A DNA stretch of 61,583 nt, the filler included, from Sphacelaria rigidula (taxonomy: Eukaryota): assembly GCA_964200075.2 (NCBI GenBank). It is 10 parts of 10 records of this genome, joined end to end, with 100 filler letters (N's around TTAATTAATTAA, not from the genome) between each part and the next. Parts side by side here need not be neighbours in the genome. Positions count along the whole stretch, not along the records: positions 49,348 to 55,415 come from CAXNAA020022456.1; positions 55,516 to 61,583 come from CAXNAA020022457.1; 8 more parts are not named here. The stretch is one strand, 5' to 3'. Positions 50,198-61,583 of this stretch are shown one piece after another. How positions within the stretch are numbered: the first letter of the stretch is position 1; every line of letters begins with the position of its first letter. The translations under genes and the position numbers were made by a program. The notes under the pieces are model-generated. The model was not told the origin of the DNA. It saw nothing but the letters and a program-made list of their open reading frames with translations, and ran no database searches.

Positions 50198-50610
50198 TAG
50201 CTATCAGTAAATGAAGAAATGGAACCACATTTCGAAGATTTGGTGTGGATACGAAGATTTTAATTCTCCGGGTTTCTCATCCCCAATAAAACATCATCCC
50301 CAATTTGTAAGATCCCGCGTCATGACTTGACCGTTTGTTATACGAAAAGTGCAAGTTTGGCAAACTGCGGCGACCCTCTTTCAGGGCGTACAACGTCGCA
50401 GAAGACCCAAGAAGACAGTTCCCGACGGGATTGCTATTTCTTCACATCAGAAGCGGTCGAAGAGTTGGCTTTCCACATTTCATCCAAAATCGGGCGCAAT
50501 TTTGATTCCGGACGGGTCCCACAGGAGTTGGTCTCATTTCTTTCTGCGGCGAAACGGCACCAATGAAAAAAAAAAAGCGCGGATAGGGGTTATCAACGCC
50601 AACGAAACTG

Positions 50611-50850
50611 AACAACGTTTTCGTGATATTGAGAGTAGAGCGCTGATCGAGAGTGCCTTCGATCATTCGCTTCAACATGGTCATCCATGTGTGCTTTTCA
50701 AAGGTGCCATCACTGCCGTGTGCTTACAGCTAGCTACACGTCGATATCCTACTCAGAGATATCAAGGGCGCCAGTGGCAAGCTACTACAGAAAGCGTATC
50801 GGGCCTCGTGGAGGGGCATGTCGGAGCTGAAACGATTCATTCACTGACAT
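50611..50850 (+). mobile_element. Truncated copy of the AACA family A MITE
   Basis: Colinear with 20733-20955 (CAGCTACACGTCGATATCCTACTCAG...CAGTGGCAAGCTACTACAG...GAAACGATTCATTCACT). Confidence 0.8.
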
Positions 50851-51552
50851 TCACACTCGATCATCAATGGATCATTGCTCCATGCAAAACACAGAGTTGA
50901 TGGCATGGAAACTCTTTTAGCTGCACATTTTACTCTCCGTGAACGACACTGGGCAACACACATATGTATGCCTGCTGGTGCCAAGACGGTAAGACCCGTT
51001 TCTTTTCAGGGGGCTAGTTAACCAGCGTTGGGCTTCAAATATCCATGGTTGATACATTTTACAGGTATCGCTACCCCTAACCCCAACCCCAACCCCAATG
51101 TATACCGAGAACCCTCGGGCAAGCGCGGTGCATAGCATTCCCCTAGGCAAAGTGCGGTCTTGGACCTCAAATCGGCGCCAGTCGGTATACTCTTGTGCTT
51201 TATACTCTACTGCTTTTGATACAGAGACGAAGCCGCCGTATTGATGTCACGTGCCTTGATCAGCGACACAGTTTTTTCCTGTCTACAGAAGCAAACACAG
51301 CCCGCGACATGACACACACAAGAGGTGATTATTATGATCTACAGACAAGGCCGCTGTGAACCAACACGCTTCGATTAGCAACACCCACTCTGTTCCCATG
51401 AGCAAACACGCCCCCCTCCCCCCCCCTCACATGAAACAAGCTAACCGACAAACTTAACCAGCTGACAAACAAACTGTTCTTTTTCGTTATCCTGATGCGG
51501 ACGACAGGAACACGCGGGAGCCAACTGATGGACAAATGGTCTTTATTCTTCA

Positions 51553-54500
51553 TTACGATGACCCGGACGTAAAGAACACGCTAGGATCGCTAGCATACAA
51601 GCAGCTGACGAGTTCGCTCGACTGGTCGATCACGATAACCTTCTTCCCCAGTCGCTTTTCCGGCACCAGCATTACCCCATCCCTCCGCCTCGGCAAAACC
51701 GTCTGATCCTGCGAGTCCATCTCCGACACCATCGCCATAACGCGCCCGTTTACTCTCTCGAACGATACGACACGGGCTACTACTGCCGCCGCCGCCGTCC
51801 CGCCGGGGGAACCAAGGAACACGTAGTCACCCGCCACGAGCCGCAAGCCGGTTTCCGTCAGATGGCAAAAAAAGGTGTCCTTGATTTCAGCCGTCGTATC
51901 CTGGCCTTTCCCCACCCCGCCACCGCTGCCTTTGCGCTTCTCGCCGCTGCCCGCACCACCACTCGCGCCGGCACCGCCAGTCCCGCGGCCGGCGGCGGGC
52001 ATGGCCGGCACAACCGCTTCCGGGGAAAACCATGGACATGTCGCTGCATCATACGCCAGCATACGCCCGTGCGCGATGCACTGAGCTGCCCACTCCAGAG
52101 TGCCCCGCTGGACGCCGCCGTCGAGGGCGGCAGCCATTAATCTGTCTCTTGTGGTTGTGTCGGCGCTTTCATCCAGGCTGATGAAGCAGTCTACGCCGCC
52201 GCCAGCCAGCAGGTTCGACGCCATCTTGATGTAATTATTCTCATTACTATACTTGTTACTCTTGCTTCGGCTGCCTCTTCCCCCGCCTGATGTCGGCGGG
52301 GAGGAGCTCATGAAACCCCCGACGCAACAGCCGTCTGCCTCTATCGTTGCCACAGTAGCCCCGGCCACCCATAGGATCAGGTCCCAGCTGGGAGAACACG
52401 GCCGACCGAGGTGTAGCAGCACCCTCTTGCCTTGAAACGGCCGCCCTCTGCAAAGCGACACGTCTTTGTCCGTGTTTCCGCCGAGCGAGGTGCTGCTGCC
52501 GCTCTCGCCGCCGTCGGCGGCGAGCCCTCGGTGCTCTCGGGGATCGAAAGTCGGGCGAGAGGGCATGATGAGCCGCCGGTTCGACAGGGCGGACCGACCG
52601 AGCGGCAGCAAGTAGTTGGTCGTGTCTGCAGCGCAACGTGCCCCGCTGATGTGGTCAAGGTAAACGGGGTGAACGATATCGATACCCGCCGCCACCGCAA
52701 ACATATACTTCGACGTGCGGTAACTCTCCGGCATGGCCACGGCAAGCACTCGTCGGCGGTTGATGTCCTCCGCCCGCGCGCCCTTGCCACTTCCGCTCTT
52801 TTTCGGGAGCCACTCGTGGCAGTTCGCGTTTTTCTTGGGGGGAAACACGATCTCGGTTCCTCCCAGATCGGTGATCATGTCCCGGTACTTCTTGTCGCAG
52901 CCGGTAAGGATGACGCCCACGTTGTGCAAGGGCCCGGTGGTACCAGCACCGCGTCGGGTACCCCGCGAGCTCGGCGCGCTTGCAGAGTGAAACGACAAAG
53001 CCTCTCGGCGACTGCTGACACTATACCCCGTCGCGTTACTCCTGCCTCTACGACGCCCGCCGCTAGCACTACTTGACCCCCCGCCTGAACCGGCACGTCT
53101 CAAAGGGGTACAGCCGCCCATGTCTCCATTACTCGTGTCACTTGCGGGAGACTCCAGAGGCGACACACGTGGGTTTTCCACCGTCGGCGGTCTCATCAAC
53201 GGCGACACCGGCGGCGCAGGCGGCGGCGGCGAACTGGTATGTGATGCCACCGTCGGCGCCCCGACCGCCAACGTAGTATCGTCGTCTCTGAGTAACTGCG
53301 CCAGGTTCAGCGCCGATCGTAGCTCACACTGCTCCTGCGTAGCACAGTCGGCATCCCTGTCATCATCCACGGTATCCAAGACGGGGTCGCCCACGTGTGC
53401 TCCGCCCGCGCCCCTCTCCGACCCTTCGCCTCGCGCATTATCCGCTGCTTCCCCCGGCAAACGTACATCCCCCCGTGTCGCCAGCTTTCGGCTCTTGCTC
53501 GTTTTCTGGGGGGCCCGTTTCTTGGCGGACCGTTTGGGGGTGGGTGGTGCCGCCGCAGGGTGAATCTGTGGGACTGCAGCAGCCGGAGGAGGTTTCGGCG
53601 GTCGTTCTCGTTTCTTGCGCGTAGCTGCCGGCGACTTGCGTTCAGAGGCCTTCTTTTCCCCGCCATCGTTCGAATGGCAGGTATTTCCCGACAAAGAGCC
53701 AACATCAGCGACGCCCGATGCAGGTTTTCCATCGACGGTTCTTTTTCGAGTCCTGCTGAGCCTGTGTTTCGAGAGGCCCCACTCCTCCACACGTCCGTTA
53801 CTACGGGCACAAGATTGAGAGTCCGCCGGGGTCGACTCCGGAGGAAGGATACCCAGGTGCTTCAGCACCTCCTCTTGGGATTCAAATAGATTGACGCCGC
53901 GGGTTGCGGTCTTCCGCGTCACGCCCGGCTTCAGCCAAATCCAGGACGTTATTCCCGAACCCTTCTTGTAGCTCCATCCGTCTCTCTTGAAAATTGCGAG
54001 GGCTATGTCCCACCGCTCTTTGCTGGTGAGCGAGCTGTAGTCGGTAGCTGCACAGCTAGCAGCACCGGCAGCACCATCGCCAACACCTTCAGCACCAGCG
54101 CTCGTGTCTCGTCCCGATTCGTCAATACCGCCGTCCGCAGCATTGTCGGGGCCTCGCCGTTTCGGGTACCTAGACGCCCGGTCTGTTACAGGGACTACGG
54201 CAGGCTCCGCGGTTGCGGGAGCAACGGCGGCCGGGGAATGCAAGTCAGAGGTCGTCGCTTGTTCCGTGGTAGGTGCTCTTCCTCTGCTCTTGGCCTCTTC
54301 TGCTGTCGTAGCTTTCCTCGGGCTTTTCTCTTGTTGCGGACTTGGCACTCTCTGGTTTTGGCCGTCGACGGGTGTGACCGCAGCGGCCGTCGCGCTCGCG
54401 TCTTTCGGCGATGGCGCCCCTCCCGAACCTTTCGGCGATGGCGCTGCTCCCGAATCTTTCGGCGGTGGTGCTGCTCTCGAATCTTTCGGCGGCGGCGCTG

Positions 54501-55110
54501 CTCCCGAATCTTTCGGCGGCGGCGCTGCTATCGAATCTTTCGGCGGCGGCGCTGCACACGCGTCTTTCGGCGGCAGCGCTGCACCCGCATCTCCCGGCGG
54601 CGGTGCTGCACCCGCATCTTCCGGCGGCGGCGCTGCACCCGCATCTTTCGACGGCGGCGCTGCACCCGCGTCGTTCGGCGGCGGCGCTGCCTCTGCGTCT
54701 TGCGACAGCGGCGGCGCGCTCTTGTCTTGATCGGGCTCCTCGATATCAGTGTCAGTTGCATCACTGATCTCCTCATCGTCACTATCGCTACTAACGTCGT
54801 CGATATCGTCGTTGCGGCCAGAACCAGAGCCGGAAGCGTTGTGGAACTGTCGTACCGCCTGCATAGCTCTCGCTTCCGCTTGGGCCTTGGTTATCGTCGA
54901 TGTCGACGATGACGTGCTACTGTTGTGAGTAACAGCAGCGGAAACAGGCCGATTTTTTTTGTCACTGGCTGCTGCTGTAGCGGAGGTGGCAACCACCGCG
55001 CCTTTTCTTCGCTTGAGGGCGGAAGCAGTGAGTCCGTCGTCGCTATCCTCCCCGCTGTCAAACGCGAAGGCATCTCCGTCTTCCGTTTGTGAGGTGCTGT
55101 TGTTTAAATG
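51553..55110 (-). CDS. Terminal 3558-bp exon of a tandem-BRCT DNA-damage mediator-like protein (MDC1/53BP1/PTIP-like) with a C-terminal BAH-like domain
   Basis: Uninterrupted GC-rich frame after the acceptor TTGTTTGTCTGGATAGTCAG|. BRCT1 is VILTGC...LGG...RTSKYMFAVAAGIDIVHPVYL and BRCT2 is PFQGKRVLL...ILWVAGA...EWAAQCI. The tail reads LVAGDYVFL...VARVVSF. Several SQ/TQ sites are present. Confidence 0.85.
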   Translation of the reverse strand, partial: HLNNSTSQTEDGDAFAFDSGEDSDDGLTASALKRRKGAVVATSATAAASDKKNRPVSAAVTHNSSTSSSTSTITKAQAEARAMQAVRQFHNASGSGSGRNDDIDDVSSDSDDEEISDATDTDIEEPDQDKSAPPLSQDAEAAPPPNDAGAAPPSKDAGAAPPPEDAGAAPPPGDAGAALPPKDACAAPPPKDSIAAPPPKDSGAAPPPKDSRAAPPPKDSGAAPSPKGSGGAPSPKDASATAAAVTPVDGQNQRVPSPQQEKSPRKATTAEEAKSRGRAPTTEQATTSDLHSPAAVAPATAEPAVVPVTDRASRYPKRRGPDNAADGGIDESGRDTSAGAEGVGDGAAGAASCAATDYSSLTSKERWDIALAIFKRDGWSYKKGSGITSWIWLKPGVTRKTATRGVNLFESQEEVLKHLGILPPESTPADSQSCARSNGRVEEWGLSKHRLSRTRKRTVDGKPASGVADVGSLSGNTCHSNDGGEKKASERKSPAATRKKRERPPKPPPAAAVPQIHPAAAPPTPKRSAKKRAPQKTSKSRKLATRGDVRLPGEAADNARGEGSERGAGGAHVGDPVLDTVDDDRDADCATQEQCELRSALNLAQLLRDDDTTLAVGAPTVASHTSSPPPPAPPVSPLMRPPTVENPRVSPLESPASDTSNGDMGGCTPLRRAGSGGGSSSASGGRRRGRSNATGYSVSSRREALSFHSASAPSSRGTRRGAGTTGPLHNVGVILTGCDKKYRDMITDLGGTEIVFPPKKNANCHEWLPKKSGSGKGARAEDINRRRVLAVAMPESYRTSKYMFAVAAGIDIVHPVYLDHISGARCAADTTNYLLPLGRSALSNRRLIMPSRPTFDPREHRGLAADGGESGSSTSLGGNTDKDVSLCRGRPFQGKRVLLHLGRPCSPSWDLILWVAGATVATIEADGCCVGGFMSSSPPTSGGGRGSRSKSNKYSNENNYIKMASNLLAGGGVDCFISLDESADTTTRDRLMAAALDGGVQRGTLEWAAQCIAHGRMLAYDAATCPWFSPEAVVPAMPAAGRGTGGAGASGGAGSGEKRKGSGGGVGKGQDTTAEIKDTFFCHLTETGLRLVAGDYVFLGSPGGTAAAAVVARVVSFERVNGRVMAMVSEMDSQDQTVLPRRRDGVMLVPEKRLGKKVIVIDQSSELVSCLYASDPSVFFTSGSS
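54397..54720 (-). repeat. Coding minisatellite, 27 bp x about 12 (GAAPPPKD[A/S])
   Basis: Repeated GAATCTTTCGGCGGCGGCGCTGCTCCC-like units, in frame within the BRCT gene. Confidence 0.95.
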
Positions 55111-57797
55111 CTGACTATCCAGACAAACAAGGAGAGGCGCATTGGGCGGGAGGGGGGGGCAGAGAAGCAGTGAAGTACACAACGCCGTCGCATCTGCACA
55201 CAGACGACATCTTACTGTCACACAAACTCTACCGTGACTACACCAACCCACCGCCTGACTCCCACGAGACTGCGATTCAAACCCTCCTTCGGTTCGCTAC
55301 TTTCATAGCTAAGCCTCATCCTCTACGGGGGGGAGGGGGGGAGGGGGGGGGGGGGCGGGGGGGGGAGGAGCGCCGTGGCGGTTAGATCCTCAGAGCGGAG
55401 GAGCGGCGTGGAGGGNNNNNNNNNNNNNNNNNNNNNNNNNNNNNNNNNNNNNNNNNNNNTTAATTAATTAANNNNNNNNNNNNNNNNNNNNNNNNNNNNN
55501 NNNNNNNNNNNNNNNAGTCGTTTGACCATTGACCATGCATCCCTTTCGAGACGGAGCACCGGGGGTGTACTCATGATCATGCATGCAATAGTCATAAGAC
55601 CAGGGGGGCGGGGGTCTTGATGGGATATGCGCGAGATAATTGCCAAGTCCGTGGGTAGATGTTTTGGGATAACATGTATCGCCTGCATGGCTCGGGGTGC
55701 ATACGGCGAGCCCTCGCATAGTTAAAAGTGTGCCTCATGGTGAGACAGTCGTATAAAAAACTTGACAAAATGGGGTGTTGTTCGTCGAGTTCCGGAGTGC
55801 AGGCCGCGCTGTGCGTGTAGTCAGCATCGTGAGTTCAGATTGGCAGTGTCTCTAACTTCCATGACTTCGGTTGGGACTAGGATAATGGTAGGTCCGGTGC
55901 CGTTTTTATTGGAAGTCTGTGTCGTGCATTGAGCGATGTGAATGCGCATACATCAGTTGATGGAGTTGTGGCTTATCACGCCAACGGTCGACGTTTCAAG
56001 TTCCGCTTTTCCGAGTAATGACAAAATATTTAAAAAATGCGATATATAAGTATTGTTTCAGTTTGATTCACATCACTATGTTGGTCGGAATATTTTCATC
56101 GTGGTGGAGGTTTGGTGCTGTCGGTGGTGCATACCGTTGCATACCTGTGCGCTGTGTTTGTGCGTATGGGTTCTGGAGACATTCGGGGTGGTGGACGTTC
56201 GGTGTTGTTACTGTTGAAATGTTCTCACATGTAACGGTTTAAGTCGTTCTCGAAATAGTCATTCTTTATGTCTGGGTGAGCACATGCATTGTGTTTTGTT
56301 CACGTCCCTCATTTTGTTTTTTCTCGCCTCCGCGTATACCTCCGCCACGGCTCTGCATAAGAGTGAAGGTGCAGATGCAGGCTTTACCTCAAAATAGCAC
56401 TATCGACTAGGATAGTGTTTTCATTCATACGCGTTCGCATATCGGGCTACAAAACGTGGGGGGAGGGCTATTGGGCACACTGAGAGGACGTTCGCTGCAA
56501 ATCGGTGCTAGGAATTGCGCTCTTCGAGTATATACCTATAATATTGTTACCAAGCTAATTGTGTGGTCTATCAAGTGCGATACGAAGTCGCAAGTGTAGT
56601 GTATCCGTCAAGTTTATGAAAAGAACCGCAGTGTGGTGCCGAGGTCTGGTGTAACTACTGGTGCTTCAGTGGTGAAAAAGACGCATGGTAAGTCAGGTAT
56701 GCCGTCTGTGGGGAACACGGAATTAGCCTTGAGTTCCAGGCACCGGTATTATTTTATCAACGCGCCTTGATCCTTTGTTCGTCTCATGTAGAGTGAGTCG
56801 TAGGCAGCAGACGAGAGACGGTTTACAAGTAGTGATTGGTCGTGTGGTCGTGGGTTTGAAGGATTGGAAAGGGTGAAGGTGCATTGATCTGGGCTTTGAT
56901 GAATATGACCTTCTTACGCTGTACGAGCGGTTGTATCCTTTTTTGACTACTCACATCTCGGCACCGTCTTCCTGAGCAATTCGATGTACATTTTCGTGCA
57001 GAAGCTCGGGCAATGCCGCGTTGAGTGGTAATGATAGATGAGAGAAGCTACTGCTGCCATTTCGACTAATTTTGTTATTTGATAGTATATACTTTCATTT
57101 GTGTGTTGTATACAGGAAACGATCGATGGCACGCATACGTCATTTTGGGAAACGTTTGCCAAAGGAGAGGGGAACATTGGATATAATATACACACCCGCG
57201 TTCACAATTTTATTAAGCATGATACTGTATTTCCAGACTGACTAGATTTATAAGTACCGCTTGGAAGAGTACGTAGACTGCGCAGTGGCTAAGTTGGGAA
57301 ACGGTGAAATGCTTGGCAACACAAGGCCCACATTTGAGCCAGAAAAAAGGGCAGGGTGATACTGCACTGCCATTTATCACGTACGGTTGGTTAATTTGTG
57401 TTTTCGGTGACCTACTGTACCGTTGATGTTGGATTATGACATAGACTGATAGTAGGTGTGTCGGAAACAACCACGAGAAGACGTCGTTTTTTCGTTTTGG
57501 TTAACTGGATTGGGGGCTGTTGTTGCGTCTCGAAGGAATCATTGTCAAACGCGTCATGTATGCGTATAGCTTGTTGTCGGGTGCGATACATGGCTGTAAG
57601 ATTTTGTCGGGACAGGATGAGCGTTGCGTGTATGCGATGACAGCACTTGTCTGTGCTGTAAAACTCGCTGGGAAGACAGCTTTGTTTGATACTGCATGTT
57701 CTCTCTTTCCTCCCTGAAATGGTAATATATATTATATGGGGGGGGAGGATGAATTAATGTTTTGATGCTCGGATCTTTATGTGCATATATCATTTAA

Positions 57798-58880
57798 CAT
57801 TTTTCACCACTTTTGACGAGTTTTCTCTGGCGGCAAGGCACTTTTTTCCGCGCTTTCTTTTGCAGCGCACTAAGAAGGCTCAACGGTACATTACCGTTCA
57901 GGTTTGGGAGTCATCTGATACCTATGGCGCGTGTTCTGGCCACCGAAAGTCATTCAAACTGGCCCTTTTCGCCGGGTGTCGATCCCGAACCATAAAAACC
58001 TTTTCAAGATCATGGAAAACTTGAAACAATAACCCGAACCACAAAAGCCTGTTGAAGATCATGGAAAACTTCAAACAGGATTGCTTTTGGTGGGTATTTT
58101 TCCCCCGTGTTTCTGTTTGTCGTGTTATCGTTCATTTGGGAGCACGAGCACACCAGTAATGCCGCCAACGTCACGAGAACACGTGAGCAAATCAGTTGAA
58201 AACAATGGAACTTTGCCTTGGCCCTAGTCGGCACCAAACACAAGATCGTGCAATGGGCCGTTTGCGACTCGAGCAAAGCCATGCAGCACAGCAGCACAGG
58301 AATGCTTTGCCGCAAAAAACAATCGCCCTCTTTGAAAATAAGGCCCGGTGATGTGGAAGCCACGGTGATGTGCAGTCGTTTTAGACAAGAACTACCACTC
58401 CATGTCCAGAGACATGCAAACTTTCATGTACATCGAAAAACGACAGCACTGCAAGAATATGCCCGTTAAAAGAAATGGCCCAGTGAAAAAAGGACCCACG
58501 AAAAAGACCCGATGAAAAGTCCGGCCGTCTTTTAAAACGTGAACGCAACTCTCACGTGCAGAGAAAAGGCGAAGCACTGAAAGAACATTTCCGCGAGCTT
58601 CCCAGGTGGGAAAGAGCATGCCAGGAATGTTCCACGCATTCCAACAGCCAGCCAAAGCCGCTGTTTTGTCCAGAGGAATGCAAACTCTCATGAGCAGCGA
58701 AAAAGCGAAGCACTGAAAGAACGTACCCGCGAGCTTCCCAATCGACAAGAACATGCCAAGAATGTTCCACGCGTTCCAATTTTTCGGGAAGTGTCTCCCG
58801 CTGTCATGTCTTCGTGGCACGGGAGCTACTTCGCACTCTGGCACCTCGGGAATACCACACATTTCCTACACTGGCGGTTA
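57798..58880. repeat. Composite interspersed repeat with an internal tandem duplication of about 140 bp
   Basis: 57798-58250 matches 19800-20220, and 58760-58880 matches about 21320-21530. GCGAAGCACTGAAAGAAC...CCGCGAGCTTCCCA...GAATGTTCCACGC occurs twice (about 58570 and 58705). Confidence 0.7.
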
Positions 58881-60748
58881 CCGTCACCGGCCGTGGCGGC
58901 CAGGATGACGGCAACGATGATTGCAATGGCCAACAACATCCGCCAGGAACTTGGGAATTAGTCAATGAAATTGGAGACGGAGCTTGCTTGCTACAACGTA
59001 CTTACTGCCCGACGAGTTTTCAACGACCCAAATGCGCATACATTAGTGAGAATTCAACTTATCTAACACGTTTTCGAACACCTTCATTATCCAATTCCAG
59101 ATTCTGGGGGAATGACACTGCACGCTTCAATCTCGGCTGGAACTGATGTCGAACAAAAACGGAGGCTGGTTGTCCAGACCAAACGCACTCTAGCGTTCGA
59201 CAATACCTTCAGCTCATGTCGCATCAATAAGCAGCCCCATTGATCGTCTTCGAGGCCCCGTCCGAAAGAGTCAGCATATACGTCTTCAAATGCACCTGAA
59301 ATGTTCGGCCTCAATCATTTCATCATCGATCAACTTCGAGAGTCTCTCGATGATGAAGATCTCGAGCGCATGTACAAACCCCCTTCGCATGACTCTAAAC
59401 GTCTATTTAATAAATGATCGCACAGTTCAAGGAAAACGGTAAGCACGTAGAAGACGCAACGACAAAAAGGAGTGTAAACAGCAGCTTTTCCAGCAACATG
59501 ATCCGACTGTGTAGTACGGCCGAGTGTGTAGTACGAACGCGAGACATGTAATTTTTAACCAGCCCCATTGATCGTCTTCGAGACCCCGTCCCAAAAGGGC
59601 CAGCGCGTAGTTTTGCACGTGACCCGCCCTCGCGGTGAGTCTTCATATTCTGAAAAAAAGTATTGCTGTGAATGGTTCCGCACACTGCAGAAATGCTCTA
59701 TATCTCGTGGTCAGTGTACTACTCTGCACTTCATATACCACTGCAGCGTTGTACTGTGCTGAGTGACCACCCTCTACTGCACTTAATGGGGTCATCTTTT
59801 GAGCGGTTCTTGAAAAACTTTGTTTGTTTTTCGAAAAGTTCTCGAAAAGTTATGCTCGTTTTTCTGTCACAGAAATCCAATACCGGATCTGGAATAGCCT
59901 GAGACAACAACCAATTTGAAAATTGGAATTTTTTACATGTAGATTGGAAAGTGTATTGGAATGAGGGTGGTGAGTAGTTCTATGTTCGCGGGTGCCATTG
60001 CAAGATTTATCACCACATGCCATAAACTCTCAATATATTCCTCCGCGAGTGTGTTTAATATTATATATTGGCTGCACAATAGCTATGCGATGAGCGTGCG
60101 CAATATATGTTGGAAAAGCGATACTTTTGCATGGTGTGCGTTCAGTATATATTATGGTAACAATATGTTAAGCATCGTTTCGACTCAATATATATGGACA
60201 CTTCAATACATACACGGTTGGCATGCACAATATATATATATATATATATATATTGGATGTTTTGTTCCCGGAGCAAATGCATGTCCAATATGTATTGTCA
60301 TACATTACTTCACGATCACCACACGAGAAATATATGTTGTTGTTTTCATGTCTCCGTGGACATCTCAACACAATGTATTTTGCATGAACAATATTTGCGC
60401 CATCTCCAATACAGAGTAATGGTATCATATTGTAACATATTGTATTGTCCAGGGTATAAGCACCACGCGGCAGCCTGGATCCGCTTCGTGTCCCCCATCC
60501 GAAAAGGATTTAGCGCCGCTGGTCAGGGGGAAATGTGGATGGGCACAGTGCAAGGGGAAGGAAGAACCGAGGAGATCAGCCGTAGCTTGAGATCAGGCGC
60601 ATCATCTGCAATATATGCGACAAATACAACACAGCTAACCTACCGACATCCCACCTCATACACGTGGCCACTCGAAAAAGAGCCTTCGCTGAGAGGAGAG
60701 AACAAATTCTCTGCGGGGAACGGCGAATTGACCCCCATCATAAAAAAA

Positions 60749-61186
60749 GACGGGATCTTACAAATTGGGGATGGATCTTCTATTGGGGATGAGAAACCCC
60801 GAGAATGAAAATATTCGTATCCATACCAAATCTTCGAAATATGGTTCCATTTCTTTACTTACTGGTAGCTTTTGACAACTGTTACACTCCATAGAAATTT
60901 GGATTTCGATCACCGAAATGTTGCGATCCTAGGTGAGAAACCAATTTCGGAACCATTTTGGCGTCCGTTCGGACACCCAGAATTCCCCAGCATTGGGTTT
61001 TCACCTAGGATCCCACATTTCAGTCATCGAGATCCAAATTTGTATGGCGTGCATTAGTTGTCAAAAGCTATCAGTATGTGAAGAAATGGAACGATATTTC
61101 GACGATTTGGTGTGGATACGAAGGTTTTACTCCTTCGGGTTACTCTACTCAATAAAAGATCCATCCCCAATTTGTAAGATCCCGTG
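60749..61186. mobile_element. Foldback element with (C/G)ACGGGATCTTACAAATTGGGGATGGATCTT TIRs
   Basis: Near-complete palindrome of about 440 bp. An interrupted copy lies at 49413-50318. The CAC...GTG-like ends suggest the CMC/CACTA group. Confidence 0.85.
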
Positions 61187-61583
61187 TAAACAGCAAGACG
61201 GGTATTTCGGAAAACGAATGAGAGGTGGGCCAGTAAGAAAAGCGAGCATTTCGGTTGAACTTCTATGTGGTGGCCAAGGTTTGCAGTTACGAGTCGATTT
61301 TTGTCATGAGGTATGTATTATCAGTACGCAAAAAAGCACCGAAGTAGCAAAGAAACATGAAGAAAAATTTAACAAAGGTTAGAGCGATCTGGATTCCTAA
61401 AAAATGTGGAGATGTCCTAACGAGTCGAACATAACAAATCTTGACTGTTCCCAAAAACGTATCTGACCGGGGTGTGCAAAGCCCTTGTCGAGTTTCGGCT
61501 CCTAACTCTCGTAGAAGTGGGATCGCATTCACAATAAACAGCCGATCCTAATTTTTGGGGTTGAAACATAAAATGAGGTTGAA

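Noticed and set aside
52432..54912. Plus-strand ORFs of 147-224 aa
   Set aside because: They are antisense shadows of the GC-rich BRCT exon and its repeat.
55111..55251. N-terminal 47 aa of the 1232-aa ORF
   Set aside because: It has a non-ATG start and lies upstream of a good acceptor at 55111, so it is most likely intron read-through.

Overview
This is eukaryotic, intron- and repeat-rich DNA, most likely from a brown alga or related stramenopile (inferred from the gene content and repeat types). It is not one locus. It is ten unrelated contigs of 6069/6068 bp, sorted by size and joined by an artificial 100-bp linker (N44-TTAATTAATTAA-N44), so nothing can be inferred across junctions. Well-supported genes are (1) the first five exons of HYDIN (minus strand, 33674->30964), (2) a 3.56-kb terminal exon of a tandem-BRCT, MDC1/53BP1-like DNA-damage scaffold protein with a 9-aa repeat and a BAH-like tail, and (3) a COR-domain exon of a ROCO LRR-GTPase. 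Several spliced exon pairs of unknown proteins are also present, one of them head-to-head with HYDIN. The rest is transposon debris: a tRNA-derived SINE family (about 8 pieces), two LINE lineages, a Ty3/Gypsy RNaseH-integrase relic, an internally deleted pogo transposase with a PIP box, Helitron-like ends, and many MITE/foldback families, several nested. The most unusual items are a TGT...ACA MITE with a 4-bp TSD carrying (TTAGGG)n, AACA-terminated 4-bp-TSD elements that I cannot place in a superfamily, and a LINE whose 3' end is tandemly reiterated and ends in C-runs. I found no convincing novel multi-gene system, CRISPR array, rRNA or functional tRNA.
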